From Puia dinghuensis (GTDB lineage Bacteria; Bacteroidota; Bacteroidia; Chitinophagales; Chitinophagaceae): a stretch of 64,000 nucleotides of DNA. Shown here piece after piece: positions 28,727 to 37,308 of this stretch (positions are counted from its first letter, which is position 1; the number at the start of each line of letters is the position of its first letter). The notes beneath the pieces are model-generated. The model saw only the letters and a program-made list of their open reading frames with translations. It searched no databases and was not told where the DNA came from. Both the position numbers and the translations under genes were made by a program. Location of the stretch: positions 1,459 through 65,458 of the forward strand of contig JAMFSL010000219.1 of the NCBI GenBank assembly GCA_026225275.1, read 5' to 3'.

Positions 28727-29164
28727 ATGGCGAAAAAGAAGTTCAACACCGGCACAATGGATTATCTCCATATACGGGATATTGTCTTTACCTATTCGAT
28801 GCCCGATGAGACCACTGTCCCGGAAAAAGAAGGCCATCCTACCCGGTATAGCATGGAAACCGTGAAAATGTTCAATATGGAACAGGAAGTCATCCGGATG
28901 GTCTTTACGATCGAGTTGGAAACTCAATTGGAATCCGCGAAAAAAATAAAGGCCATCTATACTACCGAACATCTATTCCAGGTGAAAGGTCTTTCCGATT
29001 GGGTCAGCAAGGCAGAAGAGAAATTTGTAGTGGATCATGAACTGAATGAGGCCTTGACCTTACAGGTCTATTCGACGGCCAGGGGAATGATCCATCAAAA
29101 ATTCAATGGCACATGGTTCTCGGATTTCGTCCTTCCCGTCGCAAAGTCAGCGGCATTGGATTAG
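28727..29164 (+). CDS. Hypothetical protein, candidate SecB-like chaperone
   Basis: 145 aa, starting 8 nt after the HTH gene. By eye its segments follow the SecB pattern. LHIRDIVFTYSMPDE compares with E. coli SecB FQIQRIYTKDISFEAPN. It then has VIRMVFTIELETQ, KAIYTTEHLFQVKG, a long helix, and FSDFVLPV compared with FPQLNLAPV. This is not verified by any search. Confidence 0.35.
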   Translation: MAKKKFNTGTMDYLHIRDIVFTYSMPDETTVPEKEGHPTRYSMETVKMFNMEQEVIRMVFTIELETQLESAKKIKAIYTTEHLFQVKGLSDWVSKAEEKFVVDHELNEALTLQVYSTARGMIHQKFNGTWFSDFVLPVAKSAALD

Positions 29165-29176
29165 GTTCATGGTCGC

Positions 29177-30184
29177 TCAGAATAAAGTCGGATGGGCCGA
29201 GGGAGGTTCTTCACTGAATAAATGAGGTGGTTTTAATGAAATGCCCAATACGGCGTTGAAACGCTCTACTGCATACAGGCAAAGCTCGGGGGAGTATAGC
29301 TCATCATGGTCATGAACAAAAAAATAGATCTCCCGTAATCCTTTCCCGACCCAGGCGCTTAGCCGGTCCGCCCACTCGTCGATACGTTGAAAATCGGTCG
29401 GATGCAGCTGGTTGGCTACGAAACGGATGAAGGCGAAGGGAGCTGTCAGCCGCATATGCAGCACATCGCGGCGGCCCGGCGTATCGGTGATGACGGCGCA
29501 GACGCCCAGTTCGCGGAATAATTCCCAGGTTGCCCGCACGGCGGCCGTTCCAAACCAGCCCTCATGCCGTAACTCTACAGCCAGCCGGAAATTACGGGGC
29601 AGGCGGCGGAGGTAGTCTTCCAGTGTAGCAGCCCGGGTGGGTGCAAAGGTTTCCGCCAGCTGAAGAAATGACGGTCCCAGTGTACCGCCAAAACATTGCA
29701 TATGGTCGATAAACAACTGCGTGTCATGATCTGCATTCACGAGTTGTAATTCGTGACTGATCGTATTGGAGACCTTTGGACAGAACCGGAAGGACGGTTC
29801 CACGAGCGATGCCCATTTTTCAATCACCGGTTTGGGCTGAAGATTATACCAGAGCGCATTGAGCTCGATCGAATTGAACTGGCGCCCATATTGCTGCAAA
29901 AAATCCTTTGGCTTCGTTCCTCTGGGATATACCTTACCGATCCAATTGGGTTGGCCCCAGCCCGTTCCGCCGACATAGCAACGAAGAGAGCCCGGATCCG
30001 TCCCGGTGTCCTGCGCCAATACCTGCCCCGTCATGACAGCATCCCCAGGTAGAGAAAAATTAATTTTTTCTATATGTTGTATTCTGCCGAATTCCATCGG
30101 GTTCTTTTTCTGCTTAACAATAAATTGATCTGTCAGAAAGGAGGGATCGGCACAGATCCTTCCCATCTGTTGTTCGGGATTCAA
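29177..30184 (-). CDS. DUF72 (YecE/UPF0759) family protein
   Basis: 335 aa with a DUF72-like core (YVGGTGWGQPNWIGKVYP...FNSIELNALWY...VELRHEGWF) after an N-terminal extension of about 70 aa. Confidence 0.75.
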   Translation of the reverse strand: MNPEQQMGRICADPSFLTDQFIVKQKKNPMEFGRIQHIEKINFSLPGDAVMTGQVLAQDTGTDPGSLRCYVGGTGWGQPNWIGKVYPRGTKPKDFLQQYGRQFNSIELNALWYNLQPKPVIEKWASLVEPSFRFCPKVSNTISHELQLVNADHDTQLFIDHMQCFGGTLGPSFLQLAETFAPTRAATLEDYLRRLPRNFRLAVELRHEGWFGTAAVRATWELFRELGVCAVITDTPGRRDVLHMRLTAPFAFIRFVANQLHPTDFQRIDEWADRLSAWVGKGLREIYFFVHDHDELYSPELCLYAVERFNAVLGISLKPPHLFSEEPPSAHPTLF

Positions 30185-30292
30185 TTCAAATCCTTACTTT
30201 TGGGACTTCGATTGGATTAAGATAGAAAAAATTCAACAATTGATCGTATTAGTTAAAACTTATTAAAAATCAACGTTTAGAACAGACTGTAG

Positions 30293-31276
30293 ATGGAAAA
30301 CAAAGTCACTAAAATTGGCGTACTCACTTCCGGCGGCGACGCCCCGGGAATGAATGCAGCCATCCGTGCCGTTGTTCGTACCGGTATATATAATGGAATG
30401 GAAGTATTTGGTATTATGCGGGGTTATGCCGGAATGATCGAAAATGACATCGTTCCTATGCATTCGAGGAGTGTGGCCAATATTATTCAAAGGGGGGGTA
30501 CGATCCTCAAAACCGCCCGGTGCAAGGAGTTCTTCGAACATGAGGGTCGCAAAAAGGCGTATGCCAACCTGAAAAAGCTGGGCATTAACGGGCTGGTCAT
30601 CATCGGCGGGGACGGTTCCTTCCGCGGCGCCCACAAGCTGAGCCTTGAATTCGACATCCCCTGTATCGGGTTGCCCGGTACCATCGATAAAGATATTGCG
30701 GGGACAGATTTTACCATCGGTTTCGACACGGCGGTCAATACGGCAGTAGAAGCCATCGACAAGATCCGGGATACGGCCGACGCTCACGACCGGCTTTTCA
30801 TCATCGAGGTCATGGGCCGGGACGCCGGCTATATCGCGCTGCATAGCGGTATCGCCACCGGGGCGGAGAATATCCTTATCCCCGAGCGCAAGACGGATAT
30901 CGAGGAACTGATCGCCTCCTTACTGGAAAAAGAAAGACGTAAAAAGCTCGTTAACCTCATCGTCGTAGCCGAAGGTGATAATATTGGCGGCGCCGACGAC
31001 GTGGCAAAAGTGGTGAAGGAAAGGGTTCCGACAGTAGATACCCGGGTCTGCGTGCTGGGCCATATCCAGCGCGGCGGAGCACCTAGCTGCCTCGACAGAG
31101 TGATCGCCAGCCGGATGGGCTATTCGGCCGTCGAATGCCTGATGGAAGGACGGCATAATGTGATGGTCGGCATCGTGAACAACAAAATGCACTTCACGCC
31201 ACTGGAAAAAGCCGTCAAGGCCAAACAAAAGATCAGCGAAGACTGGCTCAAAATCGTCAAAATATTAGCATCCTGA
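30293..31276 (+). CDS. pfkA: ATP-dependent 6-phosphofructokinase
   Basis: 327 aa with KIGVLTSGGDAPGMNAAIRAVVR, GGDGS and PGTIDKD motifs. Confidence 0.92.
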   Translation: MENKVTKIGVLTSGGDAPGMNAAIRAVVRTGIYNGMEVFGIMRGYAGMIENDIVPMHSRSVANIIQRGGTILKTARCKEFFEHEGRKKAYANLKKLGINGLVIIGGDGSFRGAHKLSLEFDIPCIGLPGTIDKDIAGTDFTIGFDTAVNTAVEAIDKIRDTADAHDRLFIIEVMGRDAGYIALHSGIATGAENILIPERKTDIEELIASLLEKERRKKLVNLIVVAEGDNIGGADDVAKVVKERVPTVDTRVCVLGHIQRGGAPSCLDRVIASRMGYSAVECLMEGRHNVMVGIVNNKMHFTPLEKAVKAKQKISEDWLKIVKILAS

Positions 31277-31369
31277 GGCCCTGAAGGGGCCTCGTCCAGA
31301 ATCGAGCGAAAGCGAAGATTCCGGCCGAGGAAGAGCGTGCGAAGCAGCTCTGACGAAGGTCTCAAACAT

Positions 31370-31401
31370 TAGCGCAAGTATCGGAGATGCGCTAGTTTTT
31401 T
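31370..31401 (+). terminator. Hairpin plus T6 between pfkA and pyk (terminator or attenuator)
   Basis: The stem is TAGCGCA (31370-31376) with TGCGCTA (31388-31394), with an 11-nt loop, followed by GTTTTTT. Confidence 0.4.
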
Positions 31402-31440
31402 GGAAAAGCGAATCTCCGGTACTAAAAAAATTGCCTTTCA

Positions 31441-32934
31441 ATGTCAAAAAATCTATCGAAGTATCTGTACCAGGATATGGACAAGCAAGCAGGTCTGCAG
31501 CATACTTTCCATAAAACAAAGATCGTTGCAACTGTCGGACCGGCGTGCGACACCTACGATAAACTGCTGGAACTCGTCAAGGCCGGCGTGAATGTCTTCC
31601 GGTTGAATTTTTCCCATGGCAACCATGAAGACAAGCTAAAAATCATCGAACATATCAGGAATATCAACCTTACGGAACCGTATAATATTTCCATTCTTGG
31701 CGACCTGCAGGGGCCTAAACTCCGGGTCGGGGAAATTAAAGACGGTGGTCTGACGATCGTGCCCGGCGATATCCTGACCTTTACGTCCCGGGAAAAAGTC
31801 ATCGGCACGAAGGAGAAGATCTATCTCTCCTATCCCAATCTGCATCACGACGTTGAAGTCGGCAATAAGATCATGATCGACGACGGTAAACTGGAAGTGG
31901 TCGTCGTCAATGTCGATCCCAACGGCGATGTCAAGGTTGCCGTCACCTACGGCGGGGTATTGCTGCCGAAAAAGGGAGTCAACCTCCCCGATACGAAGAT
32001 CTCGCTGCCCGCCATTACAGATAAGGATGTCATCGATCTCGCCTTTATCATCGAACATAAACTGGACTGGGTCGCGTTATCGTTTGTCCGCAAGGCAGAA
32101 GATATCATCGACCTCAAAGCCCGGCTGGCAGAGAAAAAGAGCCAGACCAAGGTAATCGCTAAAATAGAAATGCCTTCGGCGTTGGAAGACCTACGCAATA
32201 TCATCAATCAATCCGACGCGGTCATGGTCGCCCGTGGCGATCTTGGCGTGGAATTACCCGTAGAAAAGATACCGATGGCCCAGCGGGAGATCATTCGCAA
32301 GAGCATCCACCGGGCCAAGCCTGTCATCGTCGCCACCCAGATGATGGAAAGCATGATCGACAGGGTCAAGCCCAACCGCAGCGAGATCACCGACGTCGCC
32401 AATGCCGTGCTGGAAGGTGCAGATGCGGTCATGTTGAGCGCGGAAACCGCCACCGGTCAGCATCCTGCCCTGGTCGTCGAGACGATGCGCAAGATCATCC
32501 TGGAAGTAGAAAGGACGGAATATCCTTACAACCGGGAAGACGATCTGGTTCCCCAGCCCCATTCGCCCTCCTTCCTGAGCGATGCGGTCTGTTACAATGC
32601 CTGTAAACTGGCGCAAGACGTGAATGCGGATGCGTTGATTGGCATGACCCAGAGCGGTTATACAGCGTTCGTCTTGTCCAGCTACCGCCCCAAAGCACCC
32701 CTCTATATTTTCTCCAAGGAAAAGACGCTTATCAATCAGCTCAGCCTGAGCTGGGGAGTAAGAGCCTTCCATTATGCCGAAGAGGAAAGTCTTGACGATA
32801 TCATTCATGACCAGCATGCGATCCTGAAAGAAAGAGGTTTTATCAAGACGGGTGATGTAGTGGTCAATACGGGCAGTCTGCCTATTGAGCAGCATCTGCC
32901 GACCAACCTGCTGAAGATTACGAAAATAAAATAG
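31441..32934 (+). CDS. pyk: Pyruvate kinase
   Basis: 497 aa with KTKIVATVGPA, FRLNFSHG and MVARGDLGVE motifs. The start may be the Met 12 codons downstream (MDKQ...). Confidence 0.92.
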   Translation: MSKNLSKYLYQDMDKQAGLQHTFHKTKIVATVGPACDTYDKLLELVKAGVNVFRLNFSHGNHEDKLKIIEHIRNINLTEPYNISILGDLQGPKLRVGEIKDGGLTIVPGDILTFTSREKVIGTKEKIYLSYPNLHHDVEVGNKIMIDDGKLEVVVVNVDPNGDVKVAVTYGGVLLPKKGVNLPDTKISLPAITDKDVIDLAFIIEHKLDWVALSFVRKAEDIIDLKARLAEKKSQTKVIAKIEMPSALEDLRNIINQSDAVMVARGDLGVELPVEKIPMAQREIIRKSIHRAKPVIVATQMMESMIDRVKPNRSEITDVANAVLEGADAVMLSAETATGQHPALVVETMRKIILEVERTEYPYNREDDLVPQPHSPSFLSDAVCYNACKLAQDVNADALIGMTQSGYTAFVLSSYRPKAPLYIFSKEKTLINQLSLSWGVRAFHYAEEESLDDIIHDQHAILKERGFIKTGDVVVNTGSLPIEQHLPTNLLKITKIK

Positions 32935-32990
32935 CGGGACGAGAGCCGGAACCGGATGATGCTTGATGTTCGCGAGTGTACGCGGGGGCG

Positions 32991-33722
32991 TTACGGGGTG
33001 ATGGCGTTCAGCTGTTCCCTTACCTGGCGGATCTCTTCTTCGCCGGCCATCACAAATGACTGATCCTCGTTCATCGGGCCATTGACAAATTCCATCTTGC
33101 TGGCCTGGCGGATACGCGCCGAGGTGTGAAACTCGACGGCGCCGGTCTTCTGGGCGAGCGCAACAATATTATCATGCCGGACTCCCGAGCCGGGCATGAT
33201 CACCAACCGGTCGGCAGCGAGTCTTACTAACTGATCGAGCAGAACCGATCCTTCCATGGCGGTTGGCCGCTGGCCTGATGTAAGAATCCGTTCGCAGCCT
33301 ATGGCAATAATATCTTCCAATGCTTCGAACGGATTGGCCGCCCTGTCGAAAGCACGGTGGAAAGTAACTCCTAAAGGGTAAGCGGCCTCTACCAGTCGGG
33401 CACAATGCGCCGTGTCGACGCTGCCATCCGGCAGCAACATGCCGATCACCACACCATTACAGCCTAACTGCTTGCAATAATCCACATCCATGAGCATGAT
33501 GCGGAACTCTTCTTCCGAGTACAAAAAGTCTCCCTCCCGTGGCCGGATGATCGGGTATAGCGCTATATGCAGCTTTTCGCGGGCTGTCCGGATCATGCCG
33601 ACTGATGGGGTGACACCACCTTCTTCGGGTCCGGAACATAACTCTATGCGGTCGGCGCCGGCACGCTGTGCCAGTAGCGCCGAGGGAAGGTTAAAACAAC
33701 ATATTTCCAGTTGATAGGGCAT
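32991..33722 (-). CDS. cutC: CutC-family (copper homeostasis protein CutC) TIM-barrel protein
   Basis: 243 aa with LEICCFNLPSALLAQRAGADRIELCSGPEEGGVTPS, typical of CutC. Confidence 0.85.
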   Translation of the reverse strand: MPYQLEICCFNLPSALLAQRAGADRIELCSGPEEGGVTPSVGMIRTAREKLHIALYPIIRPREGDFLYSEEEFRIMLMDVDYCKQLGCNGVVIGMLLPDGSVDTAHCARLVEAAYPLGVTFHRAFDRAANPFEALEDIIAIGCERILTSGQRPTAMEGSVLLDQLVRLAADRLVIMPGSGVRHDNIVALAQKTGAVEFHTSARIRQASKMEFVNGPMNEDQSFVMAGEEEIRQVREQLNAITP

Positions 33723-33723
33723 A

Positions 33724-34815
33724 TCAGAAATAACTTTTTACTTCTACCATTCTCTCCTCTGTGTTATTTTTCAGGGCGTAGGTGAAGCCTTTTTGGAGGG
33801 CATACGCCCCCGCCTCGCCTTTCTTATTCAAAGCAATAAAGGCTACCTGGATATCCTTCGCCTTTTCCTTTTTTATCCGGGCGATCTTTTCCACTGCCGC
33901 CTTACAGGCCTGTTCGGGAGACATCCCCTGGCGCATGAACTCCACCACCGAATGGCTGCCGCATATCCTGATCACGTCCTCACCCTGTCCCGTAGCTGTC
34001 ACTGCACCGACCTCATTGTCGACGAACAGTCCAGCGCCGATGATCGGCGAATCCCCCAGCCGTCCCCTCATCTTGAATCCCATGCCGCTGGTGGTACAGC
34101 TGCCGCTGAGGTTACCGGCCGCGTCCATGGCGACCATGCCGATGGTGTCGTGGTTCTCTACGTTGATAACGGGCTTGTATTCCGCCTTCTTCAACCATTT
34201 CTCATAGTTCTTTTTGGCATCATTTGATAAAGTAGCCGGTTCCAGCGGAAAGCCCTCGGCGATGGCGAATTGCTGGGCCCCCACCCCTACCAGCATGACG
34301 TGCGGCGTCTTTTCCATGACCCGCCGGGCTACCGATATAGGATGTTTGATCCGTTCGAGAAAACCGACCGCGCCACAATTCCACTCATGATCCATGATAC
34401 TGGCGTCTAATGTCACATAACCATCCCTGTCAGGATTGGCCCCCAGCCCGACACAACAATTCTGGGAGGCTTCGGTAATTTTTACGCCAGCTTCGACGGC
34501 ATCCAGCGCAGCCCCGTTGCGGCTCAATACTTCCCAGGCCCCTTTATTGGCGGCCAGTCCCGCATCCCAGGTAGAGATGACGATAGGCTGACCGGGGATC
34601 GGTTCGACGGCGGGGAGGGGCATGGGGACGAGTTGATCGGCGGCGGCGGGGACGAGTTGATCGGTGACGGCGGCCCGTTGTGCCGGAGAAGGGGTTGAGG
34701 CTGGTTTTTGCGTTGGTGATGAAGTCGCGGCAGATACCTTGCTTGCGGTCAGCCAGCCTAAAGAACTTAGAAGGGAAGATTGCAAAAAATAACGTCGGTT
34801 GAACATATGAATCAA
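33724..34815 (-). CDS. N4-(beta-N-acetylglucosaminyl)-L-asparaginase (glycosylasparaginase, Ntn hydrolase)
   Basis: 363 aa with a Tat-like signal (NRRYFLQSSLL) and the autoprocessing/nucleophile motif HDTIGMVAMD. Its stop lies 1 nt before the cutC start. Confidence 0.85.
   Translation of the reverse strand: MIHMFNRRYFLQSSLLSSLGWLTASKVSAATSSPTQKPASTPSPAQRAAVTDQLVPAAADQLVPMPLPAVEPIPGQPIVISTWDAGLAANKGAWEVLSRNGAALDAVEAGVKITEASQNCCVGLGANPDRDGYVTLDASIMDHEWNCGAVGFLERIKHPISVARRVMEKTPHVMLVGVGAQQFAIAEGFPLEPATLSNDAKKNYEKWLKKAEYKPVINVENHDTIGMVAMDAAGNLSGSCTTSGMGFKMRGRLGDSPIIGAGLFVDNEVGAVTATGQGEDVIRICGSHSVVEFMRQGMSPEQACKAAVEKIARIKKEKAKDIQVAFIALNKKGEAGAYALQKGFTYALKNNTEERMVEVKSYF
34624..34671. repeat. In-frame 24-bp tandem duplication in the signal-peptide/mature-domain linker of the glycosylasparaginase gene
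   Basis: The units 34624-34647 and 34648-34671 match at 22 of 24 positions. They encode the repeated DQLVP(A/M) segment. Confidence 0.9.
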
Positions 34816-34828
34816 GTGATATATTTGA

Positions 34829-35317
34829 CTAAGGATGTGATGTCGATTTACGACTGATGAATTTTTCCAGGTTGGTGCGTGCCTTTTCCCTGACCTTATT
34901 CCGCAGTACAGATGTCCAGCCGAACAGGAGGCCGCGCCATCCGAGCGCTTGTGCGCTCCATTCCCAGAGGCTGAAATCGTCCTGGTGCTCGATGATCTTT
35001 CCGTCGCTGAATTTGAAAAGGGCTTTGCCTTTGTTGACGACTTTTCTTCCTGTCGAGCTAAAAAGATAGGTCGCTGTCCAATAGCAGCTGCCGTAGCCTT
35101 CGCTGGTGCTGGTGCGGCCGAATTGCAGGTCCAGTCCCTTTGCCGAGCTCAGCAGCATTTCCCACATCGCCGCTACCCGCGGACCTTCCAGGTTGCCGAA
35201 CACCGGGTCATAGAAGAAAATGTCAGGATGATAAACTGTCAGCATGCCTTTCCAGTCGCCTTGCTGAAAACTCGTATAAAAAGCGTCTATTAACTGTTCT
35301 TCAGCGCTTCGCTCCAT
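34829..35317 (-). CDS. NTF2/SnoaL-like fold protein
   Basis: 162 aa. The start LIDAFYTSFQQGDWKGMLTVYHPDIFFYDPVFG is typical of SnoaL-like proteins. Confidence 0.6.
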   Translation of the reverse strand: MERSAEEQLIDAFYTSFQQGDWKGMLTVYHPDIFFYDPVFGNLEGPRVAAMWEMLLSSAKGLDLQFGRTSTSEGYGSCYWTATYLFSSTGRKVVNKGKALFKFSDGKIIEHQDDFSLWEWSAQALGWRGLLFGWTSVLRNKVREKARTNLEKFISRKSTSHP

Positions 35318-35402
35318 TATGTAAAAAATTAGCTGGTGTTTTAGGGGAGTTTATCATAAGTTTGGGATTCCCGACTTCGCCAAACTAAAATTAACGGATA
35401 AA

Positions 35403-37304
35403 ATGAGAAAACTACTCTTAATGACGCTGCTTTTTTCCTTGGGCAGCATATTCGCCCGCAGCCAGGGTACCGCACAGGACAGCGCCTGGATCCGGCAGAA
35501 TTATTACAAAATGGAAACCTATATCCCGATGCGCGATGGGATAAAGCTGTTCACCTCTGTCTATCTGCCAAAAGATTCGACCTCCAAACATCCGATCCTG
35601 ATGACCCGTAGTCCTTACTCCTGTGCGCCATACGGTGCGGATAAGTGGAGGAATTTCGCGACGAGCTATGTCCGCTATTACCTGCGGGCAGGCTATATCA
35701 TCGTCACCCAGGATGTACGCGGCCGCTGGATGAGCGAAGGTCAGTTCGAAGACGTCCGCCCCTTCAACAAAGACAAGAAGTCCAACACAGATATCGATGA
35801 AGCCAGCGATACCTATGACGCCATCGACTGGCTGGTGAAGAACCTGCCAGGCAACAACGGCCGTGTCGGGATCTTCGGCATTTCCTATCCGGGCTTTTAT
35901 TCCACCATGGCTGCCGCCAGCGCTCACCCGGCCCTCAAGGCGGTCAGCCCGCAGGCGCCTGTGACGGACTGGTTCATGGGCGATGATTTCCATCACAATG
36001 GCGCTTTTTTCCAGATGGACGGGTGGGCATTTTATTCCAGCTTCGGCAAGCCCCGTCCCACCCCTACTACTGTCGGGCCATCCGGTTTCAGCTATTCTAC
36101 CCATGATAATTACAAATGGTACCTGGAGACAGGCGCCTTAAAGAATATCCTCAGACTGACCGGCGATTCGATTGCCTTCTGGAAAGACTTGTATCAACAT
36201 CCCAACTACGACTCCTGGTGGCAGGCCCGCAATGCCCGTGTGGCCTTGCATGATATCAAACCGGCCATGATGGTGGTAGGCGGACTTTACGATGCAGAAG
36301 ACTGCTTTGGCGCGTGGCATGTCTATAAAGCGCTGAAAGAGCAGAGTCCGGCAACCAACAGCCATATCGTGATGGGTCCCTGGTATCATGGTGAATGGGC
36401 TTCCAATGACGGAACGCATCTCGGCAATGTCCAGTGGGGCTCTAATACGTCCTGGTGGTACCAGAACAATATTGAAATGCCCTTCTTTAACTACTATCTG
36501 AAGGGAGAAGGCACCGAGCCGAAACTGGCCGCCGCCACGGTCTTCTTCAGTGGGGCCAACGAATGGCATCAATTCGATCAGTGGCCGCCCAAACAAAGCC
36601 AGGATCAGCCGATCTACCTGCAGTCAGATACTGCATTGTCCTGGACTGCGCCAACGAAAAAGAGTGATTTCAGCGAATACATCAGCGATCCGGCACATCC
36701 CGTTCCTTACACGGAAGATGTGCACTTTTTCAGGACGCGTGAGTACATGACCGACGATCAGCGCTTTGCTTCGCGGCGGCCTGATGTGCTGAGTTTCCAG
36801 ACGCCGGTCCTGCAGGAAGACCTGACACTGGCCGGCCCGGTCGTCGCCGACCTGCTGGTTAGCCTCAGCAGCACCGATGCGGATTTCATCGTCAAGGTCA
36901 TCGACGTATTCCCTGATGACTTCAGCTATACACCTGAAGCGCCGGTACCGGCGCGCGGACATGATAACCCGCCGACCTACCCGATGGGGGGCTACCAGAT
37001 GCTGGTCCATGCAGAGGTGATGCGTGGCAGATTCCGCCAAAGTTTTGAAAATCCCGTCGCCTTCAAACCTGGAAAAATAGAGGAAGTGAAATGGGCTGTT
37101 CCCGATGTGGCGCATACCTTCAAGAAAGGGCACCGGCTGATGATCCAGATCCAGAGCTCATGGTTCCCGCTCGTCGACCGCAATCCGCAAAAATTTGTCA
37201 ACATCTATACGGCCGACGACAGCGATTTCACGAAGGAAACGATCAAAGTCTGGCATGATGCCGATCATCCTTCGAAGATCATTCTGCCGGTATATAAAAA
37301 CTAA
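35403..37304 (+). CDS. CocE/NonD-family serine hydrolase (S15 Xaa-Pro dipeptidyl-peptidase-like)
   Basis: 633 aa with a signal peptide, the nucleophile motif GISYPGFY, and C-terminal beta-sandwich motifs DPAHPVPY and HTFKKGHRLMIQIQSSWFPL. Confidence 0.8.
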   Translation: MRKLLLMTLLFSLGSIFARSQGTAQDSAWIRQNYYKMETYIPMRDGIKLFTSVYLPKDSTSKHPILMTRSPYSCAPYGADKWRNFATSYVRYYLRAGYIIVTQDVRGRWMSEGQFEDVRPFNKDKKSNTDIDEASDTYDAIDWLVKNLPGNNGRVGIFGISYPGFYSTMAAASAHPALKAVSPQAPVTDWFMGDDFHHNGAFFQMDGWAFYSSFGKPRPTPTTVGPSGFSYSTHDNYKWYLETGALKNILRLTGDSIAFWKDLYQHPNYDSWWQARNARVALHDIKPAMMVVGGLYDAEDCFGAWHVYKALKEQSPATNSHIVMGPWYHGEWASNDGTHLGNVQWGSNTSWWYQNNIEMPFFNYYLKGEGTEPKLAAATVFFSGANEWHQFDQWPPKQSQDQPIYLQSDTALSWTAPTKKSDFSEYISDPAHPVPYTEDVHFFRTREYMTDDQRFASRRPDVLSFQTPVLQEDLTLAGPVVADLLVSLSSTDADFIVKVIDVFPDDFSYTPEAPVPARGHDNPPTYPMGGYQMLVHAEVMRGRFRQSFENPVAFKPGKIEEVKWAVPDVAHTFKKGHRLMIQIQSSWFPLVDRNPQKFVNIYTADDSDFTKETIKVWHDADHPSKIILPVYKN

Positions 37305-37308
37305 TGGC

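Noticed and set aside
37195-37308. A 38-codon N-terminal extension of the second CocE/NonD gene given by the ORF track
   Set aside because: It overlaps the 3' end of the upstream paralog and encodes a basic non-signal sequence. ATG 37309 gives a normal signal peptide or lipobox.
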